From contig JACRKZ010000087.1 of NCBI GenBank assembly GCA_016235455.1, positions 1 through 49,402 of the forward strand: 49,402 bases of DNA, written 5' to 3'. The stretch is from Armatimonadota bacterium. Its GTDB lineage: Bacteria > Armatimonadota > UBA10988. The translations under genes were made by a program, and so were the position numbers. How positions within the stretch are numbered: position 1 is the stretch's first letter; the number at the start of each line of letters is the position of its first letter. A model generated the notes under the pieces. That model saw only the letters and a program-made list of their open reading frames with translations, searched no databases and was not told the DNA's origin. Positions 8,450-18,011 of the stretch are shown one piece after another.

Positions 8450-9993
8450 TTGGCCGGCTTGGGCCAGGTCAGACCGGGCCACTCGTCGGTGCGGAACGGT
8501 ATGGCCGGCAGGCCGGCGCCGTTCCACAGGTTGACCACCGGGCAGTCGGCCCAGGCGTAACGCACGGCGACCGGCGCGGTCACCGCGGCGCTGCTCACCA
8601 CCACCGACGCGCCGTCGATGACGGCGTCGGCGTTGACCCACTTGCGGTCGGCGCCGCAGATGGCCCAGCCGGTCAGCTTGTCGCCACGGCAGACGAGCCC
8701 GCCGTCGGCATGGTCGAAGCCGACACGGGCCTTGGCGCCCTCGATCTTGAGGTCACGATAGGTCGGCCCGTCGCACACCACCTGGCGGCCGTAGGTCTTG
8801 GCCAGCGCCTGCAGGGCCAGCCGGGCGCCGACCGGCTCCTTGTGCTTGGGGTGGATGTCGTTCGGGTCGCCCACATCGGTGGTGACCGCCACGCCGCACG
8901 GGCTGAGCGCCTTGGTGCAGAGGAACTGGGCCTCACGCAACTCCGCCCAGGTGCTCTCGCTCGGCTCGGCCTTGATGGCCATGTAGGGCGCGAGTTCGGC
9001 GATGTAGAACGACAGCTGCGGCTGGCGGAACGACTCGCGCCAGGTGCGCACCATGGCGGGCAGCAGCTTGCGGTAGGCATAGGCCCGGCCGGAGTTGGCC
9101 TCGCCCTGGTACCACACGGCGCCCTTCACGGCGAACGGCACGAGCGGGTAGATCATGCCGTTGTACAGGTTGCCCGGCCGGTTCTGGCTATCGGGCCCGT
9201 TGGGCGGGTTGGGCCGGCGTGGCTCGGGCTTGCCGTCGGCCTTGGCCTGCTTCACTGCTTCCTGCCATTTGGGCAAGGTCACCGTGCGGTACTTTTCCAG
9301 CGCCGCGGGGTAGTCGGCCAACTGCTTGGTCCAGCCGTCCATGGTCGCTTTGTACTCGGGGTCGGTGAAGAAATCGGGGCGCGTCCAGGCCTCCGCCGGC
9401 GTGCCGCCCCAGGAACTGTTGATGATGCCCACGGGCACACCCAGCGCCTTCTGCAGGTCGCGCGCGAAGAAGTAACCCACGGCCGTGAAGTTCGGCGTGG
9501 TCTGTGGGTTGGCTTCCACCCACGAGGCGTTGACGTCGGCCAGGGGCTCGGGAGAGCCCTTGAGCGGTACGCTGAACAGTCGCAGCATCGGGTTGGCCGA
9601 GTTGGCGATGGCCGCGGTGCCCGTGGTGGCCTGCCGGAGCTGGAAGCCCATGTTGGACTGGCCGCTGGCAATCCACACCTCGCCCACCAGCACGTTCTTG
9701 AGGGTGATGGTGTTGGTGCCGCGCACCACCAGCTCGAAGGGTCCGCCGGCGCGGAGCGCGGGCAGATTGGCCACCCAGGTGCCATCCTTCTCCGGCACGG
9801 CATCAGCCTTCTGACCGGCGATGGTGACCGTGATCTTCTCGGTCAGATCGGCTGTGCCGAAGACTGGCACCGGCTGGCCCTGCTGGAGGACCATGTTGTC
9901 GCTGAAGATGTGGCGCAGCGTCACATTGGCCTGCGCCGCAGCACTCAACCACAGCAGGCACAGGAAGGCACAGAATCGCGTTCGTGTTCTCAT
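8446..9993 (-). CDS. Secreted sialate O-acetylesterase / SASA (DUF303) family carbohydrate esterase
   Basis: Signal peptide, then FSDNMVLQQ, GEVWIASGQSNM, WGGTPAEAW, WYQGEAN, DIHPKHK and VRYAW motifs. Confidence 0.92.
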   Translation of the reverse strand: MRTRTRFCAFLCLLWLSAAAQANVTLRHIFSDNMVLQQGQPVPVFGTADLTEKITVTIAGQKADAVPEKDGTWVANLPALRAGGPFELVVRGTNTITLKNVLVGEVWIASGQSNMGFQLRQATTGTAAIANSANPMLRLFSVPLKGSPEPLADVNASWVEANPQTTPNFTAVGYFFARDLQKALGVPVGIINSSWGGTPAEAWTRPDFFTDPEYKATMDGWTKQLADYPAALEKYRTVTLPKWQEAVKQAKADGKPEPRRPNPPNGPDSQNRPGNLYNGMIYPLVPFAVKGAVWYQGEANSGRAYAYRKLLPAMVRTWRESFRQPQLSFYIAELAPYMAIKAEPSESTWAELREAQFLCTKALSPCGVAVTTDVGDPNDIHPKHKEPVGARLALQALAKTYGRQVVCDGPTYRDLKIEGAKARVGFDHADGGLVCRGDKLTGWAICGADRKWVNADAVIDGASVVVSSAAVTAPVAVRYAWADCPVVNLWNGAGLPAIPFRTDEWPGLTWPKPAN

Positions 9994-10006
9994 GACCAGC
10001 TCCCGT

Positions 10007-12196
10007 TTAAGGGGTTTGGCCGTGGGGAAGCGGAGTCCTGCTGCTGCCGACGCCAACGACGATGGCCAGGCCGAGCAGTGCCAGGAACAGGCCCAACCGC
10101 ACCGTGGTCGGCTGGAACACGAAACGCGCCAGGCCTGGCTGCGTCAGCACGAACTCGCGCGGCCGACCCAGCGCCCCGTGCCAGGCCAACGGGCGTGCAT
10201 CGGGCCCGTAGAGCCGCCAGCCGGGGTAACTGGTGTCGTAGACCACGTGTCGCCCCGCGGGCAACTCGACGGTCATGCGATTGGGGCGGTCCACGCGGAT
10301 GGCACCCAGCGTGCGCGGCTGGCCGGGTGGCGAGTTGGGCAGGCCGCGGCTGGTGCCTTCGGGCAGTGAGCGCAGGTTGCCCAGTAGCAGCATGTTGCCA
10401 TTGGTCAGCGGCGTGATGGGCTGGCGGCCGGCAAGCCGGCTCAGCCGATCCTTGGTGTCGGCGAGCATGAGCGAGTCGTAGCCGCCGGCATCGTGCACGC
10501 CGGCCACCGTGGCCAGGTTGGGCGGCAGCATCATCCCTTGCGGATCGAAGTAGAAGCTCCACTGCCGTGGCGAATCGGCAACGGCCACGCGGTCGCTGGG
10601 ACCGATGCCGCCCAGGCGCGTCAGCCAGGCAGTGACCTGTGTGCGGTCGAGGCGGCTGGCGGGGCAGGTGGGTACCGCGCCGAGCCCGAACGCCAACAGT
10701 TCGGCCGCAACCAAGACCGGCAGCCAAGCTGGCCGGCGTGTAATCACCAATGTGCCGGCGGCCAGCCAGGCCGTCACGCCCAGCAGGCCCAGCAGTCGGC
10801 CAAGCTGCGTCACGTCGGCCAGCGGCGCCAGCTTGGTCAGGGTGGGTCCGGCCAACACCCAGGCCAGCGCATGGGCGGCGAGCAGTCCGGCGGCCGCCAG
10901 CCACACGCCGCGCGGCCGTGACTGGGGCAGAGCATCGACCCCCAGGCCAGCGCTCACGGCGATGCCGAAGCACCACCACAGCGCCAGTCGGCAAGGACCG
11001 GCGCCAGCAGCCCAGCCGGGGAAGTGGAAGTACAGCAGCCGGTTGAGCGGCAGCCCCAGCGCCAAGGCCAAGCCCAACAAGGCCAGACCGCCATAGAGCC
11101 GTGCCGGCCCGCGTCGCCGCCAGGCGACCAGCGCCAGCAACAGCGGCACCAGCCCGCAGAACAGACTGAACTCGGCGAAGTCGCCGGGAGCGATGGCATC
11201 CTGGTGGTCCAGCCCCCAGTAGGCGCCGGCCCGCGCGGCGATGACCGCTGCCTTGACGGCGCGCGCGGGGTTGGTCGTGCCGTGCATCGGGTCGCCGTAG
11301 AACCGCGGCTGGGCGATGGTCACCAGCCGATCGCTGCCGATGGACCGGCCGAGGAACCCTTGGTACCCAGCGGGCGACTTGACTAGCGGACGATGGCCGC
11401 GCGGCGCCATCTCCAGCACGGGCAACAGTGCCGCCGAGGCCAGCAGCCCGGCCACGAGGCCGAAGCCGACCCAGTAACGGGCCGGCACCCGCACCACGGC
11501 GACCAGGCCCGCGGCCAGGCCAACGTAGTAGAACACCTGTGGATGGCCGGCCAGCGCCGACAGGCCCACCGCGGCGCCGGCCAGCACCGCCCAGCGGCCG
11601 TCGCGCCGGCGCCGCGAGCGCTCCAGGAGCGCGCAGGCCCAGGGCAGCCAGGCCGCGCTGCTTAGCAGCGTGGGCAGCGGCAGCCACAGCACCAGGAAGC
11701 CCGACAGCTCAAAGCAGACGCCCGACACCACGGCGGCGCGCCGGCTGGCGCCCAACTCGCGCAGGAGCCGATAGGTGCCCACGCCGGCCAGCCAGAGGTG
11801 GCCCATGGCCGTCAGCCGGAACCCGTTGACCACGCCAAACAGGCCGAAGCACAGCCAGTTGAGCGGGTAGAACAGTGCCGACTGGCCATTGGCCACGAAC
11901 GAGTAGCCATCGAACTGATAGGGGTTCCAGAGGGGTAGGGCGCCCGAGCGCAGCCCGTCGGTAAGCAGGCAGCGCCACGGCCAGTACTGACCCAGCGCGT
12001 CGTACCACAAGGGGTTCCAGGCCGTCGTGGCGCGGCCGAGATGGGACCACGGCGCGAAGAACGGCAGGTAGTCGGGCATGGGCGCGCGCCCGGCCAGCCA
12101 GAGCGGCCAGAGCAGGACCAACACCGGCGCGGCCAGCGCCAGCCAGGTCAGCGCCTCACGCTGGCGGGGAGTGCAGCGCTGCCATCGTTCTCGCAC
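10007..12196 (-). CDS. YfhO-like polytopic membrane protein (putative GT-C glycosyltransferase)
   Basis: PLWNPYQFDG....ANGQSALFYP and LAGHPQ motifs, many TM segments, GYDSL and C-terminal YPGW. Confidence 0.8.
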   Translation of the reverse strand: MRERWQRCTPRQREALTWLALAAPVLVLLWPLWLAGRAPMPDYLPFFAPWSHLGRATTAWNPLWYDALGQYWPWRCLLTDGLRSGALPLWNPYQFDGYSFVANGQSALFYPLNWLCFGLFGVVNGFRLTAMGHLWLAGVGTYRLLRELGASRRAAVVSGVCFELSGFLVLWLPLPTLLSSAAWLPWACALLERSRRRRDGRWAVLAGAAVGLSALAGHPQVFYYVGLAAGLVAVVRVPARYWVGFGLVAGLLASAALLPVLEMAPRGHRPLVKSPAGYQGFLGRSIGSDRLVTIAQPRFYGDPMHGTTNPARAVKAAVIAARAGAYWGLDHQDAIAPGDFAEFSLFCGLVPLLLALVAWRRRGPARLYGGLALLGLALALGLPLNRLLYFHFPGWAAGAGPCRLALWWCFGIAVSAGLGVDALPQSRPRGVWLAAAGLLAAHALAWVLAGPTLTKLAPLADVTQLGRLLGLLGVTAWLAAGTLVITRRPAWLPVLVAAELLAFGLGAVPTCPASRLDRTQVTAWLTRLGGIGPSDRVAVADSPRQWSFYFDPQGMMLPPNLATVAGVHDAGGYDSLMLADTKDRLSRLAGRQPITPLTNGNMLLLGNLRSLPEGTSRGLPNSPPGQPRTLGAIRVDRPNRMTVELPAGRHVVYDTSYPGWRLYGPDARPLAWHGALGRPREFVLTQPGLARFVFQPTTVRLGLFLALLGLAIVVGVGSSRTPLPHGQTP

Positions 12197-12208
12197 GCTC
12201 TCGCTACC

Positions 12209-13699
12209 TCACTTGACCGGAATGGTGGGCTGCGCGAGCGCCTTGCGCTGCACCAGCCACTCCCCCATCGACTGCAGGTTCCGGTTGAGATGGTACCACC
12301 CGTAGTCGAAGCCGAGGTAGTCGGGCCCGGCCATGGCGCTGCCGAGGCGCACGCAGTTGGCATAGTCGAGCCACTGCTCGGTCCACAAATGCTCGATATG
12401 CTCGTCGAACAGGTTGGTCGGGTCGGCCAGCTTCCGCTGCCAGGCGATCTTGAGCAGGTCGGTGGACGCCTTGACCATGCCGTCGGCCTCGGCCACCGTC
12501 CGTGCGAAGCGCTCGAAGTGGCCGGTCGGCGTCGAACTGCTGTGGCAGCCGGAGCAGACTCGGCTCATCCCGGCCTGGCGCTTGGCCTGCTCGGCGGCGC
12601 CGATCAGGCCGGCCGGTGCGGGCTTGCCGTCGAGACTGGTGGGCAGTGGCTGGCCCTCGGCGTTGCGCAACTCCCAGGTGCGGCCGTGGGTCGGCTGTGG
12701 ATGGGAGTAGGGCAGGCCGAAGATGCGCACCCAGAGCCGCGAACCGAAGTCGTGCGTGCGCTGCGCGAGCACCGTCGGCTCGGTCTCGCCGGCGACGACC
12801 AGGCTGTTGTGGCAGGTAGCGCAGGTGGGCGCCTCGATGTCGCGTCCCAACACCCACGGTACGGCGTCGAACTTCCAGTGGCTGCCCAGCGAGTCGTACA
12901 GATTGCCGTGCCGGCTCTCCTTGTAGACCTCGTAGGCGGGCACGTCGGGCAGCAGGTGGCAATGACCGCAGGTGGCCGGCTTGCGCGCCATCTCGATCGA
13001 GAAGCTGTGGCGGGTGTGGCAGGCCGAGCAGGCGCCCTGGCTGCCGTCGGGGTTCATGCGCCCGACACCGCTGTTGGGCCAGTTGGTGAGCTTGGGCACC
13101 GTGACGTCGCCCACCGGTGACTCGACGGTGCGCGTGCCCTGTACCTCGATCTTGGTGCCGTGGCAGGAGTAGCAGGCCTCGTTCTGCGCGTTGGCGCTGG
13201 CGCCGGTGGCCTCCAGCCGCGCGCCGTGCACGGCGCGGCCGGTGGTCATCGTCTTGACCATCTGGTCAAACAGCGGGTTCTTGGCCAGCGTGTCGTGTGC
13301 GTTGGCCTTCTTGCTGCCGCTGTACTCGGTGACCTCGGTTGGGTGGCAGGTGGCGCAGTCCTTGGGGCTGACGACGACGGCGATGTTGTAGCCGAAGTGC
13401 TCAAACTTGTCGGCGTGGTCGGCGTTGTTCAGGCCGTGGCACTCGAGACAGCCGACGACGGTACCCGCCGAGGCGGGCGCCGTGGTGGCCGACACGCGGC
13501 GTTCGAGCTTGGGCTTGGCCATGCCCTCGGCGGGTGAGACCTGTGAGTGCCGGCTCTGGCGCCAGGCGGCCACCACGCCAGGGGTAACCTGAGCGTGGCA
13601 CTCGATACACGACTGGCTGGCGTCGCTGACGGCCGGGGCGGCGGAGGCCATGCAGCCAGCGATCAGCACGACCAGCAGCGCGCAAGCGTGTCGATTCAT
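12209..13699 (-). CDS. Octaheme c-type cytochrome, hydroxylamine oxidoreductase (HAO)-like family
   Basis: Signal peptide and eight CxxCH motifs (CIECH, CLECH, CATCH, CYSCH, CSACH, CGHCH, CATCH, CSGCH). Also WPNSGVGRMNPDGSQGACSACHTRH and C-terminal AMAGPDY. Confidence 0.88.
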   Translation of the reverse strand: MNRHACALLVVLIAGCMASAAPAVSDASQSCIECHAQVTPGVVAAWRQSRHSQVSPAEGMAKPKLERRVSATTAPASAGTVVGCLECHGLNNADHADKFEHFGYNIAVVVSPKDCATCHPTEVTEYSGSKKANAHDTLAKNPLFDQMVKTMTTGRAVHGARLEATGASANAQNEACYSCHGTKIEVQGTRTVESPVGDVTVPKLTNWPNSGVGRMNPDGSQGACSACHTRHSFSIEMARKPATCGHCHLLPDVPAYEVYKESRHGNLYDSLGSHWKFDAVPWVLGRDIEAPTCATCHNSLVVAGETEPTVLAQRTHDFGSRLWVRIFGLPYSHPQPTHGRTWELRNAEGQPLPTSLDGKPAPAGLIGAAEQAKRQAGMSRVCSGCHSSSTPTGHFERFARTVAEADGMVKASTDLLKIAWQRKLADPTNLFDEHIEHLWTEQWLDYANCVRLGSAMAGPDYLGFDYGWYHLNRNLQSMGEWLVQRKALAQPTIPVK

Positions 13700-13780
13700 C
13701 ACATGTCTCCCGCGGCGATGGTCGTCTGAGACCGCCGCCACCGTCAGATTGTACAACGATGCTACCGTTGACTGTGCCGG

Positions 13781-14314
13781 CTACGCCCACCCCTCCGGCT
13801 TGTCGGGATGCAGCGCCGGGCCCGTCTCATGCTCTTCGCGGATGTTCACGTAGCCATTGCGTACCGCCAACGCCAGGCGCCGGCCCAGTTCACGGCAGGC
13901 CGCGATATCGCCCGGCTGCCGCGGCTGGCGCACGCTCGTGGCGCCGTAGTGCAAGGTGTAGCAGTAATGCGCGTAGTCGGTGATGCCCAGCACCAGAAAA
14001 CCGAAGTTCATCATCAGCAGCATCAGGCTCAAGCAGGTCATCATCGCGCCGCCGGCATGGCCGCCCTCGCTGGAGAAAGCGACACCGATGCGGCCGTCGA
14101 CCTGACCCCATACGCCGCACTCGTCCCACCACTTCTTCATCTGCCAGCTCGGCTGACCCATGTGCGTCGGCGAACCCGCCGCCACGCCGTCGGCCCACAC
14201 CAGGTCCTCGCCCGTGGCCTCCTCGAAGCCGCGCCGATCCGGCCAGCCGTGCGCGCGCGACGTCCTACAGTTCGGCGCTCCGCCCCGTCGTCCTCTTGCC
14301 CATCCAGGCGGCAT
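13781..14314 (-). pseudogene. WrbA/flavodoxin-family NAD(P)H:quinone oxidoreductase, apparently lacking its N-terminal FMN-binding loop
   Basis: EATGEDLVWADGVAAGSPT..G..SWQMKKWWD..DGRIGVAFSS.GG..GG..LHYGA..CRELGRRLA is flavodoxin-like. The first ~29 residues show no 'ILVLYxSxxGNT' motif. Confidence 0.6.
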
Positions 14315-14410
14315 CGGCGCCTCGTGCCGGTGACATACGGCGCCATTACGGAGGGACTATATCGAGTTAGAGTTCGTGATAGTCCATAGTTTCAGTACAC
14401 TGGCCAAGTG

Positions 14411-14438
14411 TTTACATATGTCTTGATTCGGGTAGGCT
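14411..14438 (+). promoter_or_regulatory. Possible sigma70 promoter of the first DUF1559 gene, in an AT-rich intergenic region
   Basis: TTTACA (14411-14416), 16 bp, TAGGCT (14433-14438). Confidence 0.45.
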
Positions 14439-14505
14439 AAGACTACCGATGGGGCGATTGGGCCGTAGGGCTGTCCTGGGCCGCCTGCCCCGCAGAGGAG
14501 AGAGA

Positions 14506-15234
14506 ATGCGCCGTAGTAAGGGCTTCACCCTGATCGAGCTCCTGGTCGTGATCGCCATCATCGCGATCCTGGCCGCGATACTGTTCCCCGTGTTTGCCAA
14601 GGCTCGCGAGAAGGGCCGCCAGGCCTCGTGCCAGAGCAACCTCAAGCAGATGGGCGTCGCGTTCATGCAATACACGCAGGACTACGACGAGACGCTGCCC
14701 GGCAACTACTACACGCCCAACGGCGGCACGTGGATGATGGAGATTCAGCCGTACCTCAAGAGCTATCAGGTCTACGCCTGTCCCTCTGACTCCAAGAACT
14801 TCGCCGCCGGCGATGCCTGGTACTGCGCACCCACCGGCCAGACCAAGCTGAGCTATGGCTACAACGCCTACATCAGCACCAATGCGCCGCTCACCGGCGG
14901 CACGGGTGGCAACAGCAACGTCGGCCTGGCCCTGGCCGCCCTCGTCGCGCCCGCCAACACGGTCATGTCGGCCGACAACGGCCGCGACCCGGCCAATGCC
15001 GATCCCACCGTCGCGATCAACGCCAACCCGCCGTTCATCCTGTTCAATGCCAATGCCAATGGCGGCTACTGGAGCTCGCCGCTGGGTCGGCACATGGGCG
15101 GCGCCAACACGCTGTTCTGCGACGGCCACGTCAAGGTGATGAACCCGGTTCTGCTGGCCGCGCCGCCGACCAGTTGGGTCAGCGCCTGGTTGAACCCCAC
15201 GGTTGGTGGTTCCCGGGTCGGCGCTCGGTTCTGA
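14506..15234 (+). CDS. Prepilin-type N-terminal cleavage/methylation protein with DUF1559 and H-X9-DG motif
   Basis: KG|[37 protein letters not shown] and C-terminal [25 protein letters not shown]. Confidence 0.92.
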   Translation: MRRSKGFTLIELLVVIAIIAILAAILFPVFAKAREKGRQASCQSNLKQMGVAFMQYTQDYDETLPGNYYTPNGGTWMMEIQPYLKSYQVYACPSDSKNFAAGDAWYCAPTGQTKLSYGYNAYISTNAPLTGGTGGNSNVGLALAALVAPANTVMSADNGRDPANADPTVAINANPPFILFNANANGGYWSSPLGRHMGGANTLFCDGHVKVMNPVLLAAPPTSWVSAWLNPTVGGSRVGARF

Positions 15235-15239
15235 CTCGT

Positions 15240-15274
15240 CGCGCCGGCCGAAGCCTCGTGCTTCGGCCGGCGCG
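15240..15274. terminator. GC-rich hairpin between convergent genes (likely bidirectional terminator)
   Basis: CGCGCCGGCCGAAGC-ctcgt-GCTTCGGCCGGCGCG, a 15-bp perfect stem with no strong U tract. Confidence 0.6.
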
Positions 15275-15286
15275 CTGGGTTGGGGC

Positions 15287-16960
15287 TCAGGCCAGCCCGA
15301 CGATGTTGCCGGCCTCGTCGATGTCGATCTGCTCGGCCGCGGGGTTGCGCGGCAGGCCTGGCATGGTCAGCATGTTCCCGCAGTAGGCCACCATGAAGCC
15401 CGCGCCGCGCGATAGACGCACCTCGCGGATGGGCAGCACATGGCCCGTGGGCGCGCCCCGCAGTTCGGGGTCGCTGCTGAACGAGTACTGCGTCTTGGCC
15501 ACGCAGACCGGGAAGTGGCCGTGGCTCTCGGAGAACTCGGCGATGGCGCTGCGCACCTTGGTGTCGGCGATGACCTCGCTGCACCCGTAGATGCGCGTGG
15601 CGACCGCGGTCAGCTTATCCCACAGCGAGGTGGTGTCGGCATACAGGAAGCGGAACTCGCCGGGGTCGCGGTCGATGGCGGCCAACACCTCGCGCGCCAG
15701 ATCCTCCGCGCCGGCGCCGCCCTCGGCCCAGTGGCGCGCCACCACGCACGGCACGCCCAGCTCGGCCACCTTGGCGCTGACCAGATCGAGCTCGGCCTGC
15801 GTGTCGCCCTCGAAGTGGTTGAGCGCCACCACCACCGACAGGCCGAAGTGGTTGCGCAGATTGCCAATGTGCCGCCGCAGGTTGCGCAGGCCCTTCTCGA
15901 CCGCGCCCACGTTCTCGGCGCGCAGGCCGGCGCGGTCCACGCCGCCGTGGTACTTGAGCGCCCGCACCGTGGCCACGACCACCGCCGCCGCGGGCCGCAG
16001 GCCGGCGATGCGGCACTTGATATCGATGAACTTCTCGGCGCCCAGGTCGGCGCCAAAGCCGGCCTCGGTGACCACGTAGTCGGCCAGTTTGAGCGCGGTC
16101 TTGGTGGCTACCGCCGAGTTACAGCCGTGGGCGATGTTGGCGAACGGGCCGCCGTGAATGAAGGCCGGCGTGCGCTCCAGGGTCTGCACCAGATTGGGCC
16201 GCAAGGCCTCGCGCAGCAGCACGGTCATGGAGCCGTGCGCGCGCAGGTCGCTGGCCAGCACCGGCTCATTGGTCAGGCGCTTGCGCGCCACCACCATATC
16301 GCCCAGCCGGCGGCGCAGGTCGTGCAAGTTGTTCGCCAGGCAGAGCACCGCCATGACCTCGCTGGCCACGACGATGTCGAACCCGTCCTCGCGCGGGAAA
16401 CCGTTGCCCGTGCCGCCCAGCCCGACCACGACCTCGCGCAGGATGCGGTCGTTGCAGTCGATGACGCGGCTCCAGTTGATGCGCCGCAGGTCAAGCCGAT
16501 AGGGATTGTCGAAATGGATGTGGTTGTCGATGAGCGCGGCCAGCAGGTTGTGCGCACTGGCCACGGCGTGCATGTCACCGGTGAAATGCAGGTTGATGTC
16601 GTGCATCGGCACCACCTGCGCGCGCCCGCCGCCGGCCGCGCCGCCCTTCATGCCGAAGCACGGCCCGAGCGCTGGCTCGCGTAGACAGATCATCGTGCGC
16701 TTGCCCAGGCGGCTCAGCGCGTCGCCGAGGCCCACGGTGGTCGTGGTCTTGCCCTCGCCCGCGGGCGTCGGGCTCATGGCGGTGACCAGGATGAGCCGCC
16801 CGTCGGGCCGGTCGTCGAGGCCGGCGATGTAGTCGAGCGACAGCTTGGCCTTGTAGTGGCCATACGGGTCGAGATGCTCGGGCGCGATATCCAGCCGCTC
16901 GGCGGCCAGGTCCATGATGGGCTGCATGGTGGTCGCCGAAGCGATCTCCAGGTCGGTCAT
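15287..16960 (-). CDS. fhs: Formate--tetrahydrofolate ligase
   Basis: [59 protein letters not shown] and MPGLP motifs. 557 aa from ATG 16960. Confidence 0.97.
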   Translation of the reverse strand: MTDLEIASATTMQPIMDLAAERLDIAPEHLDPYGHYKAKLSLDYIAGLDDRPDGRLILVTAMSPTPAGEGKTTTTVGLGDALSRLGKRTMICLREPALGPCFGMKGGAAGGGRAQVVPMHDINLHFTGDMHAVASAHNLLAALIDNHIHFDNPYRLDLRRINWSRVIDCNDRILREVVVGLGGTGNGFPREDGFDIVVASEVMAVLCLANNLHDLRRRLGDMVVARKRLTNEPVLASDLRAHGSMTVLLREALRPNLVQTLERTPAFIHGGPFANIAHGCNSAVATKTALKLADYVVTEAGFGADLGAEKFIDIKCRIAGLRPAAAVVVATVRALKYHGGVDRAGLRAENVGAVEKGLRNLRRHIGNLRNHFGLSVVVALNHFEGDTQAELDLVSAKVAELGVPCVVARHWAEGGAGAEDLAREVLAAIDRDPGEFRFLYADTTSLWDKLTAVATRIYGCSEVIADTKVRSAIAEFSESHGHFPVCVAKTQYSFSSDPELRGAPTGHVLPIREVRLSRGAGFMVAYCGNMLTMPGLPRNPAAEQIDIDEAGNIVGLA

Positions 16961-17042
16961 GTGGTGCTTCCTTCCCGCGATTTTGACCCTCCCGCGGGCG
17001 GAGGGTTCCAGCGTGCTACAATCGGCCGACGCGGAGTCAGGT

Positions 17043-17870
17043 ATGATCGAGCCCACGGTGTGCAGCGCGGCGCTGGTCGAGCAGGTGTTGGCCACCAACG
17101 TCAGTGACGAACGGGTCGCTGTCTGGTGGCTAGGCCACGGCGGGTACCTGCTCAAGTACGGCCAGACGGTGGTGGCCGTCGATCCCTATCTGTCCGACTG
17201 CCTGGCGGGCAAGCAGCTCGGCGCGCGGCAGACCGCGGCCGTGGTGTCGCCCGCGGAGTTGACCTGCCTCAACCTGGTGCTGGTGACCCAGCGCGGGGCC
17301 GACCATTGCGATCCCGAGGCTGTGCCGGCATTGCTCAAGGCATCGCCCGAGGCGCTCCTGGTCTTGCCTTCCGGCCTGGGCGACATGGCCGCGGATGAGT
17401 TGGGCATCGCCGACGAGCGGTTCGTGCCGATCCGTGCCGGCGAGTTCTTCGAGCAGGGCGGCATCACCGTCCACGCCTTGGGCGATACAACCGTCGACGA
17501 GCCCAAGCGTCTGCAGTATGTGCTGACCACCGAGGCCGGTTCGATCTACCTGCCGGGCGATGTGCAGCCGCTGCCGGGCCAGGCCGAGGCGGTCGCACCG
17601 TATGCACCGGCGCTGGCCTTCATGCCCATCAGCGGGCGCGGCGCCGCACTGCAGGCGCTGGGCCTGCCGGGTTCGATGACACCCATCGAGGCGGCGCGCC
17701 TGGCCGATGAGATCGGCGTGCAGGTGGTGGTGCCGCAGCACTACGACATGTTCGAACTGCATCGCGCCGACCCGGCGGCCTTCCGCGAGTTCGCCAAGGA
17801 ACACTTCCCCAAGTTGAAGGTACGCATTCTGGAGCCCGGCGCGCGCTGGATCTACCCGCCCGAAGGGTAG
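17043..17870 (+). CDS. Metallo-beta-lactamase-fold protein (UlaG-like) with degenerate metal motif
   Basis: [23 protein letters not shown] (in place of THxHxDH), YLPGD and VPQHYDMF. Extended -10 TGcTACAAT at 17014-17022. Confidence 0.8.
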   Translation: MIEPTVCSAALVEQVLATNVSDERVAVWWLGHGGYLLKYGQTVVAVDPYLSDCLAGKQLGARQTAAVVSPAELTCLNLVLVTQRGADHCDPEAVPALLKASPEALLVLPSGLGDMAADELGIADERFVPIRAGEFFEQGGITVHALGDTTVDEPKRLQYVLTTEAGSIYLPGDVQPLPGQAEAVAPYAPALAFMPISGRGAALQALGLPGSMTPIEAARLADEIGVQVVVPQHYDMFELHRADPAAFREFAKEHFPKLKVRILEPGARWIYPPEG

Positions 17871-17955
17871 GCGGTAGGACTTGGGTTGTGGGACTGTGTG
17901 ACCGGGCACAAGGGTGATCGCGTCCTGCATCGCCCATTCCGAAGTGCCCCAAACC

Positions 17956-17990
17956 GCGACACCGGCTACGAGGGCTGTAGCCGGTGTCGC
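17956..17990. terminator. Hairpin between convergent genes, likely terminator
   Basis: GCGACACCGGCTAC-gagggct-GTAGCCGGTGTCGC (14-bp stem), followed by GGTTT on the minus strand. Confidence 0.6.
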
Positions 17991-18011
17991 TGGTCGGGTG
18001 AGGGTGTGTGC

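Noticed and set aside
14364-14372. GAGTTAGAG also found on the minus strand near 19684-19692
   Set aside because: A single 9-bp match at different distances from the start codons, which is insufficient evidence for a shared motif.
16961-17042. THF or ZTP riboswitch upstream of fhs
   Set aside because: The region is only 82 bp with a single hairpin, and no recognisable aptamer consensus.
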